Source: Monocercomonoides exilis PA203
Lineage: Eukaryota; Protista; Preaxostyla
Reading direction: 5' to 3'
NCBI GenBank assembly: GCA_001643675.2
Contig: LSRY02000012.1
Coordinates: 558,001-622,000 of the forward strand
Length of the DNA stretch: 64,000 nt
Shown here: in pieces, positions 1 to 12,700 of the stretch
Numbering within the stretch: the stretch's first letter is position 1
Layout: each line of letters opens with the position of its first letter
Position numbers and translations under genes: made by a program
Notes under the pieces: generated by a model
What the model saw: only the letters and a program-made list of their open reading frames with translations
What the model was told of the DNA's origin: nothing
The model's database searches: none

Positions 1-3000
1 TGAATTTGGAAGAGATGCTGTACCTTTTGGATTATATTGGGGCACAACTCCAAATGAAGACGTATTAAAAACAAATTGAGGAGGAAGAACACGAGGAGAC
101 AAAGGTTGAGGGCGAGTTGGTGTGGGATGCAACGGTGGTGCAAGAAGTTTGAGATTTTGAAAAGCTGCTGGATGTTTTGGTGACTGAGCAGGTGTTACGG
201 ATGGAGAAGGGGTTGTCGAAGAAGATGATTTTTGAGCAGTGACAACCGGGAAAATAGGTAAATATGTAGGCGTGGGAATTCTTGGTGCACGAGGAGATGC
301 GGGAGGAAGTGAATTATCTCGTGACGATTGAATTGAAGAGGATTGTTCTGCACTTTCTGTTTGTGGCTGCGAATTTTGTGGAGTTGACAGAGGAGAAACG
401 ACAGAACTTGCTTGATTCACAACATGTAAGGAAGCAGTTGAGATGGACTGCGGTATTGGTGATAAAGAAGAAGGTGGGTTTATCGCTACTGAAGGAACAA
501 ATGACCGAGAAGAAGAGGGTGCAGACAATCGACCAGATCGCATATTCGCTGATGCATTTAATGAATTAACTTGTGATCTTCCCTGGGAGTTCAGTGAATG
601 AATAGATACAGACGATTCAAGTGATTGAGGAGTTGGTATAAGACTTGCCGAAGTCACTGATCGGTTCAAAATGGCGGATGTTCTCGCTGAAGAAGGAGCT
701 GACTGATTTTGTGTTTGCTGAGAAGACGAAAAGATTGCCGGAGGCATCGCAGCTAATGAAGATGATGTATTGAAAGAAGAGACTGTTGATAAAGGTGATG
801 TGATTGGATAGGAAGACATCATTAAGATAGATGCCTGTCGTTGCAATTGATTAATTTGATTTTGCCTTTCTGCTTCGCTCATTTGATTTGTCAGTTGCCT
901 CATATTCGACAAACTGGCAGCTGATTGCTGTCTCATCAGTTGCTGCTGCAGTTCTGCAATCTGAGAAATTTGGCTGTGAGTGAAGTTTCTCATCAATTGC
1001 CTTTGTGACTGTTGCTGTTGCAGAATATTTGGAGAAATCGAAGGCTCTGGAGAACGAATTGAAGGCGGAGCAGATATTCGTTTGAAGCATTCATTAGAAT
1101 CTGATGAGGATTCATCGTCAGAAGAATCTGAGGAAATATCATCAGAACTTGTACTTGTATCATTTTCTGAATCACTAACAGGAAAATCGATGTCAAAAGT
1201 GTTGTTTCTTGGAGTTGTGTTGACAGATGAAGATCTTTCCACACTTTCCAAATTGGGAGCAGCACTGAGACAACGTTTTGTGTTCGTCCTTTTCATTGCC
1301 TTTACATTCCCAGAATCATCAGCTGTAATAATTTTGACTGTTCGAAGCCTTTTCTTCTTGTAATTCTCCTCATTCCTGCTGTTTTTATTTGTTTGTTCCT
1401 CAGAAACCATTTCTATTGATCTGCTTGTCTCTTCATTTGTTCTTTGGTTTTCGGTAACAATCACAGCACTTGTAATTGTCACTGTTGGTTTTTTTCCTCC
1501 ACGCCTACCTTCCTCCCATGCTACCCAATGTGTTCTTCCATTCATCATTAGCAGCAAAGATGGGACTGAGCAAATCATTATTGCTGCAGATATAATAAAT
1601 ATTGTCCCCATCAACCCAGCCAGTTTCAGAAGAATTGGATCAAATAATGCAAAGAACGAAGCTCCAAACGAAGCCACCGAAAACGATAGAGAAATACTTT
1701 TCGAAGCATTCACAATCTGTGGCTCAATTACTGATGCAATGAATTCCTTCTCTTCTGCACGCCTTTTTGTGCTTAGAGAAACATCTCCATCAAGAAGCAA
1801 TGGGTTAACTAAGGGATCAGTTGAAGTGAGACGATTGGCTTCTGAACGAAAAGATTCAAAAAGTGCAGTGAAAGAAGAATTTAAAGGATTCTGAGATGCA
1901 TATTTCGTTGAAAAATAGCCTTTTACAGCTGACCGAAATGCAGATGGGTTGAATAGCATGTGAGAAGTGAACGACATTTCTGAAGAATCCGAATTAAGCC
2001 CAAAGAAAGAAAAAAATGCGGTTGATTTCAATGACGAACGGAATGATGAAGAAATATCTGTCTGTTGATTTCCCTTTCGATTGTATTGCTGCTCAGCAAA
2101 TAGAGCTTCTGATTCATCTTTAATCCACATCTCTCCAAACCATTTTTGCACTGCTGCTCCTAATCCATTATTTGTTGTGTTACCATTCTGAATATCACTG
2201 GAAGTAAGCATTGATGCGAATTCTCCGCCATAAAACCATTTCCCAACATCACCAATTAGGCAGCTCAAAGCACCAATTGCAATGCATACAACACCCAATA
2301 GTACCCCAACAACAATGAATGTACACACAATCAAACATGATAAAAACGAGCTGCTTGCACAACATAAAGAATCAAAAAGTTCCACCAAAAACAAAAATGT
2401 ACAAATTATAAAGCATCCAGCAATAGAAAACATTGTAATTTGAACTACATATTCAGCTGATGGCGATGCTGTGATAGTGGTGAAAAGCTCGTCTGCAGCT
2501 TTTGATAATTTCGGATAAGTTGCATTCAACGTATTTGTAATGGATGATACTTGCGATGCAAGATCTACGTTCAATGTTGTGATTGTTGTATTTAACTTTG
2601 TAAGCGTTGAAGCGATAGTCGAAGAAAGTGTTGTAAGAGAAGACAGAATTGGATAGATTTGTGCGTTGAGATCCGATTTAATCTCAGAAGAAAGCAGATT
2701 GAAGATGGAATCTAAATTCGCAGTCATATGTGTTGGTTGTGTTCCCGGATCGGTGAGTGACGAAGATATCTCTCTTTGAAGATCAAAAACATCACTCAAT
2801 GAAAGCTCTGTTGACATTTCAGGAATTGTATCAAGCAAATACTCTGAAATATCCAGCAGTTTCATCTTTGAAGGAGCATTTTGCACAGGTGTTCCAGTGT
2901 CATATGTTTTTTGCATTTGAGGATGAAGTTGTGTTGAATAATTTTGGATTGGATAATTGGAGAAAATCGCTGAGTTTGACGAAGAGAAATTTTCAAAATT

Positions 3001-5255
3001 TTGAAGCATGAATAAGCCAGTATCATTCAAATTCGAACCTTTTTGCGAATCAAATGAATTACCATTCCGAAGGACATTGGCACGATTGCTTTTGAACTGA
3101 CTTTGAGATCCAAAAACTCTTCTGCAAATCTCTTTCTTTTCCTGAAGTGCGATCAAGCCACTTCTTTCACCAATTCCAGCGCAGTGCATTTTTGCATCAA
3201 TAATATGAATCATCTTACTCGCCAGCTGAGTTGCGTGCTGAACAGCCACAGAAAGAAATTTAGCATTGGACATAAGTTTACTACGACAGTTGGAAATCAC
3301 AGTTGCTGCTTCAGAAACTGACAAAGTGATTGCATTCAATGTTTGCTTCACAGATGGAATATCTATAAAATTATCTATCAATTCTGTGTATTTCACAAAA
3401 AATCAAATATTTAATAATTTTTTTTTTTTTGAATAATTTAACTCAATAAAAAAACAAATGATTTTTAACACTTTCAAATCACAAGCTTTCTTTCTCTTTC
3501 GTGATTATTTCTTTCTCTCTTTCTTTCCATACCATCTGCATTTTCATTTAATGTATTCATTCGCAACGTAAGATTACTCGCAATCCAGCTTAATTCGTCT
3601 GCAAGCTGCACAGTCTGCTCGACAAGCAAAGAAGCATTTGCAGCAGTCGAAGATGAGAGTGTGTTCAGTGATGAAATCAAAGAGAGAAGATGCGAGTCGC
3701 TGTTTGTAAATCCTGAAGGTGTTGGATTTTCGAGATGAAAGCTTCGCTGCTGAGAAGTTGAATCCAGATCTTCAACCACCTTTATTACAGAACGAATCAT
3801 ATTGATTTTTTGGAAAAAAAATGGAAAAACAATGAAACAAAACTTATTACTTAAATAGTGAAGGCAAACATCGAAAGTTACACTTGCCAAGAAGTCAATA
3901 TCACTTTCTGGAACACTTGCAAAATATGCTGAAGATAACCTCAGAAGCGGTTGTATTGTGGTTAAAGTCCTTCAAATTTGTTTCAAAAATAAAAAATATT
4001 AATACGAATTTCAAAAATGCAGGAAATAAAAAATAAAAAATAGGCAAATAAAACAACTTTAAACAAAATAAAAATTCACATACCTGGTTAAGTTATTCAT
4101 TATAGAATTAACTGGATTATACATATCTTTCACCATGGTTTGAGCTGATGTCTCATTTAGAATTGAAGTAGCAAAGGCTCTTGTATGATCTAATATTGCC
4201 AGAGGAACTAAATATACGCATTGTTACATAATTAATAAAAAAAAAATTAAAATCGAAATTCAAATTTATCAAATTAATTTTTTATAGAGCCATAACAAAA
4301 GTTGTCCATTATCAAAGAAAGAAAATAAACATCTTAAATTCATGCAATAAAAAAATGAGAGCTTCAAACCATTGTTAACAAGAAGGGAAACTTCTATAAT
4401 TCCTTTCATTCCTTCATCATAACTTGCTATTCCTTGGTACACTTCATCCAAAGAAGATTGGATAAAAAACGTTTCAACAATTCCACAGACAGAAAGAACA
4501 CTTAATTTCAAGATATATGAATATAGATATTAAAATTTACAAAAAATTTAAATTCAAATGCAGTATCTGCATACAGTAGAATTATTGATACAAATACAAA
4601 TATGACTTTGGTCAAATTCACCCACCATTTCAAAGGACCATTTTTCCAACAACACCCACGACACACAGGATCTGGACCTTTACAACAGCAACGTTTGAAG
4701 CACTGTGCAAATGTCCAACCCAAAAGCCAAAAGAAAATGACCACAAATAATATGAAAAACGGAAGAATAGCTTTGACATATGTCTAAAAAAACAAATGAA
4801 TAACAATATCGCAAGATTAATTCTTTTGAAGATACTGCAACACAATATTCAAATTCCAAACACAAATAAGCGTCTTATAATCCATATTAAAAAAGTCAAT
4901 TTGAAGAGAGTCTCCTCTTACAAATTCCTTTTCAAACATTTCACCAAAAGTAGAATATACTTTTACATTCCAGAATTTTCCAACTCCTAAATTCCTAAGG
5001 GAATTTGTAGAGATTTTTGCAATTGAGTATGGAAATCGCGGCTTTTCGTATCCTTTCATGAAATTAACAAACAAAAAAAATCATAGGGAAAACAAAACAA
5101 TATTTATACCATCCACTCCATAAGAATAGGATGATGTTAGCAGTCTTAATAAAAGAACAACTAACATTTACGTTTGAAATTTGATAATTCTTCCCATAAC
5201 ATTTTAAATGATAATCCGTTATATTTATTATGTTTTTATCATTCATTTCAGCCAT
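1..5255 (-). CDS. Multi-exon 5-TM membrane protein with prominin/Tweety-like topology; 3' end runs off the window
   Basis: Minus-strand frame from an acceptor at ~3362 to position 1 was open in every segment I translated (absent from the ORF track because it has no stop in the window). Upstream exon pieces lie at 3483-3779, ~4370-4510, ~4560-4785 and ~4900-5255 (ATG 5255). Hydrophobic segments: ILPFFILFVVIFFWLLGWTFA, Cys-rich loop CFKRCCCKGPDPVCRGCCW, TM2, long loop, TM pair at ~2460-2260 (VVQITMFSIAGCFIICTFLFLV; SCLIVCTFIVVGVLLGVVCIAIG), loop, TM at ~1620-1550 (LAGLMGTIFIISAAIMICSVPSLLLM), then an S/P-rich tail. Confidence 0.7.
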
Positions 5256-5360
5256 TTTATATCATTATTTCAAACAATTTTTAAAAATTTTGATGAAATC
5301 ATGATCATGAATGGTATAAAATTTTAATTGTTATAGTATTGTTTAATTTTTCGTGTAAAT

Positions 5361-8300
5361 ATGAATCAATTTTGTTGCCCAACATGCGGAAGACCTTTTC
5401 CTAAAAGATTTTTTGCTAGATTAGTGGAATCAGTATGCATAATGTTTTTGATATTTTTTGCATGTCAAATTAATAATTATTCTTTTTATGCCAATGTTTT
5501 GATGACTTATTAGGCAATAAATCAATCAGCAGATTACTTCGAATTATTAAACCAATATTTTAGATCACCAGCAGCCCAGCAATTTTTTTCATTTCAATCA
5601 AGATTTGCTCTTCCTCCTGAAACTCCTCCACCTCTTTTAGCTCGATACAATCCACCACAAAGATCACCTTCTCCGATTCCTCCTGCAAAAATTGCCGTTG
5701 CTCCATCTCATTCACCCCCACAAACATCTCTGGAAACATCAGGATATTATTCTCATTTTTTTATAGAATTAGAAACACTTGGAAGTGGACGTTATGGAAG
5801 CGTCGCACGTTGCCGTCATGTACTTGGGGGTTTCGAACTAGGAGAGTATGCAGTTAAAAAGATATCCCTTGGAATTATCGACGGCGACGATGAAACAATT
5901 GAAATTGATCAACCAAATCGTATTCAAATTGTGAATGAAGATGAAGATGAATCAAGCGATGAGTCTCAATGTGAGTGCGAATCAGATAGCACTGATTCAA
6001 AGTCTAGTTGTGAACGACAATTTAAAAATTCTCACATTAAACAAAAAAAGTCATTAGATAATTCAAATCAAACAAATAAAATGTCTCAGAAACAAAAGCT
6101 TTCGTCAAAGCAATGGCTAATGATGTGCTTAAGAGAAGTGCGCATTTTGGAGCGTTTGCATCATCCGCAGATAGTCAGCTATCGACACAGCTGGATAGAA
6201 ACAATATCTCAATCTCCTTCGTTTGTAATGCCATCAACTGACGATGGTTCATTCCATTGTGCAGGAAGCGCAAGAAGAGCAGGAGATTACCCAGCCAGAA
6301 ACGTGATGTCTTCAACACCCACGATGCAGCTGTTTGTGCTGATGGAGTGTGCGAACGGGGGCAATCTTGCTGACTACATTCTGCACTGGAACGAGTTGTA
6401 TGATGAACAGCAGGTTAGGCAGCTGATGAGAGAGGAAGAGCGAGAGCAGCAAGGGATGAAGGAGATGATGACGCTGACGAAGGAAAACGAGCGGAAAGAG
6501 AGGCGAAAGATGCGCCGGATGCGCGAAAAGGAGAGGAGAAGGAGAAGGAGAGAAAGAGAGAGAAGGCAGAGGCTGAGGAGAGAAAGAAGGAATGCAGGCG
6601 AAGGAAGCGAGTCGAGCAACGGTAGCGAAACAACCACTTCCTCATCGTTTTTGTCGCTTGCATCTTCCTACAACTCTTCTTCTTCTTCTTCTTCTTCTGC
6701 GTTCCTCTCCTCAACTGTCCCTTCATCCACCTCCACATCTTCCGATGTCGAGTCATCAGCTGCTCATCACTCAGCCCACAAAGACATTTCCCAGTCACAA
6801 AAGCCCCCGTCCATTCTGAGAGAGTGGCACGTCTGCCTCGGCGGGGTTAAGTCTGCTGCTGACCCGTCTGTCGTTGTCAGCGGCACGTCGGCGGAGGTCA
6901 TCCAGCGGAAGATGAAGAAGGAGAAGGCGCGGCTGGCTGCGATCAAACAGAGGCGCAGAGAGAAAGAGAGAGAAAGAAGACGCGAGGCACACAAAAAGCT
7001 GAGGCGCGCCAAAAGGAGAGAGGATCTTGCGTCCATCAAGCAGCGCCTGTGGAGCCGCCGGCGGCAGTTCTTGCTGAAGCAGAGGGACTTTGCATTGCCT
7101 TCCACCGAAGTACCGTCTTCTCCTCCAGAAGATTCAGACAAAGCGGGTCTTCTGCTTGATTCTGCCTCTTCATCGACGGAGTCTTCAACAGCAGGCAGCA
7201 GCTACGGCTCTGACAAGATCCGCACATTCGGTGGGTTTTCATCTTCCACACTGTTTTCTCCGTATTCGAAGACTCTTCCATTCAAATCAAGCCCGTTTTC
7301 AGCTGAGCCACGGCGCATCCTGTCGAATGCGGAGCTGTTTTCGCTGCTTGTGCAAATTTGTGAAGGGGTTGGGTATCTTCACTCGATGGGCATAGCACAC
7401 TGCGACATCAAAGGGGAGAATGTGCTGCTGCACCACACGATCAGCCCGAACGAGGCGTGGCAGAAGCAGAAGGCGCTGAGAAGAGAGCAGAGAATGGCGA
7501 AACGGCGCGAAAGAGAGAGGAAGTGGAGGCAGCGCGTGAAGGAGCATCTGGTCAGCAAGTGGAAGGCAATGTGGAGACTGAATGAAGAAAGACACAGCCA
7601 GAGAAATGAGCTTATTCAGCTGGCAGAAGAGAAGCAAGGGTTCAAACAGCCTTCAATTTCTCACTCACACAGCAGCGGCCATCACACAGCAGAAGAGGCA
7701 GAAAACAGGAAAGTGCATCAAAGACAGCACCATTCGCAGTCATTCACTTACGACTCACCATTCACACTGTCCCATCGATTGTCCACTCCGCAGCTGGCTG
7801 ACAAATCACCACAAGTGCAGCCAGTGCAGTCACCTTCTGTCTCTTTGTCTGTCTCTCTTTCGTCGCCTGCTCTTGTTCATCCACGTTGTGTTCAGTCTTC
7901 TTCTTCTTCTTCTTCTTGTTCTTCTTCATTCTCTGTCTCCGATTCTGAATGTGGCGACTCTTTCAACCAGAGCCAGCAGCATTCGCCTCCTTCGCTCTCC
8001 GTCTCCTCTCATTACGGTCTGTTAGATACCTCATCTTCCCACTCCTCCCCTCTCCTCCGCTCTGAAGACCATTCTCTGTCTCCACCTCCATCCAGCCAAG
8101 TGCCTTCCCCTCTTGTCAACGTGCCTTCTCCTGAAACATCCCCCGACCCTTCCCCTTCTCCCACACAGACCCCGCCGGCTGTTGAGACCCCGATCATCAA
8201 CCCTCTTCTGCTGTACAACGCATCCAACGCACTGGCTGCACTCCCACTCATGCCAGAAGGCAAAGAGGCGCTTCTGCCACAAGGACAGCTGCAGACACAT

Positions 8301-9143
8301 TCTCACTTCACTGAAGCTGTTGCATCGCCTCCTGTTTATTCGCTTCCACCTGAGCCGTCTTCTTCATATTCATCATCATCATCAACAACACCTTCTTCTT
8401 CCTCCTCCTCTTCTTTGTCGCTTGTTCCTTCCTCCCAAATCTCGAACGACACACAAGTTGTTTCGTATTCTCCTCACTTCGATTCCTCTCTTCTTCTGCA
8501 AAGAACATCCGCAGCACATCAATCAATTGCTCGTCCTTCTCTTCCTTCTTATCCTTCTTCATTATCCTCTTCTTCCTCTTCCTCATCCTCTTCATCCTTC
8601 TCCTTTACATCCAACCCATCTCTTCTCAATGCTTCATCCTCCTCCTCTTCTTCCTTCTCTTCCTCTTCTTCCACTGCTATTTCTCTTCCTTCCTCTTCCG
8701 ATTCCCCTCATCCACTCGCTTTTTCATCAGAAGCTCCTCTTCAGCTCAGCCAGCACCCCCTCATCCACATCTCATCCACCACACACTTCCCTTTCTTCCG
8801 CCCAATGAACCACGCCCTGCTGCCTCCACCGAATTATCCCTTCATTCCTCGCCCGTTTCCGGCAGATCAATCGTCATTTACTCCACTTTTATCTGCAGAT
8901 TCAGCTTTTTCTACTACTGCTACTTCATCATCATCTTCATCTTCTTCTTCTTCTTCAGGCTTTTCAAAGCGTCCTCCCCGCTTCTTTATCCACACCCGTG
9001 CACTTATATCTGACTTTGGGCAGAGCATGCTGCTGTCTCCAACACACCACCACGCACACAGAACTCGGCAGAATACTTCTGCTTCTTCTTCTTCCTCCTC
9101 TTCTTCTAAGTCTTCTACTACTGTTGAATCATCATCATCATCA

Positions 9144-9174
<31 letters not shown>

Positions 9175-9689
9175 TCATATCACCAGGCATTTCTCATTCC
9201 TTTTCCTCTCCTTCCATCACATCCACACACCACAGTGGCACCATTGGCTATATGGCACCTGAATTATTCACTGACTCCAATGCCGGCTGCAGACAGCACA
9301 GCGACGTGTGGTCACTTGGCGTCTGTTTGTATCTGCTTCTGTTTTCAGCGCTTCCATTCGACGAAGCAGCAGATTCATCATCAACAATGGCTGGCGTGTG
9401 CAGAAGAAGAAAGCTGACACAAGATGAAACAATAGAGGAGATTGTTCATTGCACTGGACCGCCTCCTCCACCTTATCCATTTGCACCAATAACACAAGAC
9501 AATCAGCAGGGGCAGCAAGAGCAACAACCCGATGGTGCACCGGAAACTCTTGTTCACAGACCTAAGGCGTTGATATTCCTTTTGAAAACAATGATGAATC
9601 CAGATCCGCATTTAAGGCCAACCGTTCAGCAAATATTGAATTTCTTGGAAGAAAACAAAGAAGAAATAATAAAAACGCCACTCTTATGA
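5361..9689 (+). CDS. IKS1: IKS1-family Ser/Thr protein kinase with very large low-complexity inserts
   Basis: Exon 1 5361-5432 (MNQFCCPTCGRPF...); GT..AG intron 5433-5513 keeps frame with ORF 5931-9689. Motifs: GYYSHFFIELETLGSGRYGSV, CRHVLGGFELGEYAVKKI, LREVRILERLHHPQIVSYRHSWIE, HCDIKGENVLL, ISDFGQS, GTIGYMAPE, SDVWSLG, RPTVQQIL. The N-terminal CPTCGRP and the 'GY..FF.E...LG / HVL.G..LG.YA.K / SYRH.W.E' pattern are typical of the IKS family. Confidence 0.85.
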
Positions 9690-9763
9690 TAATAAACACC
9701 ATAATATAGTTAGTTTTTTTGTGTAAAAATTTTTAGAATCAAAAAGAAACCCTCTTTTCTAGT

Positions 9764-12700
9764 ATGGGTCAAAAAATGAGTCAAAGTTAGTTTTTCTTTT
9801 TTGATTGTTAATAGATGACCCTAACTTAAACAATGCGCTCATTTTCGTTTTGCGTTTTTCTATTTTTCATTTGAACAGCAGTCAACTTCACTGAGTTTCT
9901 GTTATCACAAAATCAGAGTGAGGTTTGAAATAATAATTTTTCAGGGAAAGTGCATGCTAATACTCCTTAAAAAAATCATTGATTAAATGCATTCATAGGA
10001 TGTGAAGCGAACAAAAGAGGAGTTGACTCTTGATCGAATTGTTTCACACAGAAAACGTCTTGAACAAGAACTGAACTATTTGCTCTCAAGGGCCCCTTCT
10101 GAAATACCAGGACAGAGTTTGGAAATTTCATAAATATTACATATAGTTGTTAATATTTAAAAAATATGAAAATTAGTGGGAAATGTTGTTCCGACTTACG
10201 ATTCTGTCGAAGACATGATAGAAGTTGAAGAAAGGAAGAAACGCTCTATTATAAACATTGTGAGCTTATCTTTTTATCTTCTCAAATTATTACTTGAGAT
10301 TTTTCTTATTTAGCAAAAACGTATTTTTGAATTACAGCAACAGGAATCTTTACTCCGCGAGGAGATACATAAGGCAAAGCGTCATCCACCTGTACCCCAC
10401 GTAATACCACAAAGGCCAATATCCCAAAACGCTCCAACTTTCCAAGAGCAGAGTGATTCATTTGTTGCTTCTTCATTCTTTGACCAATTAAAGCAAAAAC
10501 AAATTGAAGTTGTTCGCGAAACTGTTGATCAGACACGCTTTACTGGAATTGAAGTAAAAGACGGTCGCAGGAAATCGTCAGAAGGCATTGAAGAAGAAAA
10601 AACTGAAGTGCAAGAGTTTTTTAATGAGTCAAAGTTTCCAGTTGAAGAAGGCGAATATTCTGAGGAGGAAGATTATCAAGATGCAATTGAAATTCCTCCT
10701 CCAGAGAGAACGGTCACTCCAATATTGCCCTCTCTTCTTGATGAAAAACCTTCAAACACTTCACCTCCCTCATCTTCACCATCTCCCACAGCAGATTCAC
10801 CATCACCATCACCAGAACCATCTTCATCACCTTCTCCATCTTCATCTCCATCAACATCCTCATCCTCATCACATTCAATTCTTCCTCTCCTTTCCTCCTC
10901 ACCTCAAACAGCCACAATCCATTCATCTTCCAAAGCATCCAGCACCTCCCCTTCAGACTCCGAGCACCAGCCAGCCTCCGCACTGATCCACGCCCCTGCC
11001 CCGCTGCAAGAGAGCGGCAACGACGAGTACTTCACCATCGACAGCACCACAGACGCGTTTGGGAAGCAGCTTCTTCTGAAGTGCCCGAGTGTCGTATGGG
11101 AGGCGCTGCTGAACTTCCAAAAGGCTGGTGTGAGATGGCTGTGGGAGCTGCACTTGGCATCAGTGGGTGGAATTCTTGGGGATGAGATGGGACTGGGGAA
11201 GACGATCCAGACGCTAGCGTTTTTAGAGTCGCTGTGCTGTTCGGGTTTGTATAAGACGTCTCTACTGCTTTGCCCGGCGACGGTGATGAAGCAGTGGAAG
11301 GACGAGACGAAGCTGTGGGCTCCGCATTTGAAGGCGGTGATTCTGCACTCGAGCTTTGAGATGGAGGCAGAAAGAGAAGTGAGGCAGGAGAAGCAGGAGA
11401 GGCAAGAGAGGAAGGAGAGGAAGGAGAGGAGAGAAAGAAAAGAGAGGAGAATGTCGCTAAAGAGGAAAGAGAAGGCAAAAGAGAAGGTGAAAGGTAAAAG
11501 AAAAGCGAAGAAGAATGATAAAAGCAATAAGACGGAGAAGAGAAGGAGAAGGAGAAGCAGTAACATTGGTAATGAACGTACAAATAAGAAGAAGAAAACA
11601 AAAATAAATGGAAATTCTGAAACACAAGGCAACAAACTTGAAGATCAAGAAATAACAAATTCACTTGAAGAATCTTCTTCACCGCAAAAATCTTTTTCTC
11701 CAAACACTCCAAAGGAAGAAATTGAAGAAAATGACAAAATGAAAGACGATGAACTTCAACCAAAAAAAAGGAAAAGAAGCGATTTAAGCTCAAAATCTCA
11801 ATCAAGTGATCCTGACACAGGTTCAAGTGATGCAAGAAAAGACAATTCAAAAGCAAATGGTACAAAAAAAAGGATGAGATTGTCAAATAAAAAGCGGAAA
11901 ACATCTTCAAGTGCAGAAGAAGATGAGAAAGAAGAGGACAATTTTGAAGATTTTGAAGAAGAAGAAGAGGAAGAGGAAGAAGAATCACCAGAGGATGATA
12001 GCGACAGTGAATTCTTTTTGTCTGATGTTGATCCAAAAAGCATGCGCAAAAAACAGAGTGAAGTGTCAGAGGACGAATACAATGAAGCAGAAAGCAACGA
12101 ATTTGATGAAGAATTTGAGGATGGAATAAGTGATGATGAAGAGATAGAGGAAGGTGATGAGGAAGAAAATGATGAAGACGAAGATGAAGACGATTCAAGT
12201 GTTCAATTCAAAGATGAAGACGAATACGAAAACGGCGAGCTTTCCTCAGATCTGTCTGAAGAAGACTCTGACGAAGATCTGCTTGCGCCTCTGCGGGCAC
12301 AGCGCGCCAGGCAAAGCGGGTCTTCCTCTCTCACTGACCAGCTGTTCTCCTCTATTTCCAGTCAGATTGGACAAAAAAGATTCAACAGGCATCAGGAGCA
12401 GATGATATCCTCAAGGGAGCTTCTGCTGTCTGACAACATGTCTCTGAAGGAGGCGCTGCTGTGTCCATCTTCTCAGGACGAGGCACTCAACATGACACTG
12501 CAGCGGTGCATAAACAAGCAGAATGTGCTTGTGATTGCGACTTATGAGTCCGTGCGCCTCAGACCTGCCTCTTATCTGTCTCACGAGTGGCAGTATGTGG
12601 TGCTGGACGAAGGGCAGCGCATCAAAAACACAAAGACGCTCATCTCGAGGGCTGTGCGAAGGTTCGACACGCCACACAGACTGATTCTTTCAGGCTCGCC

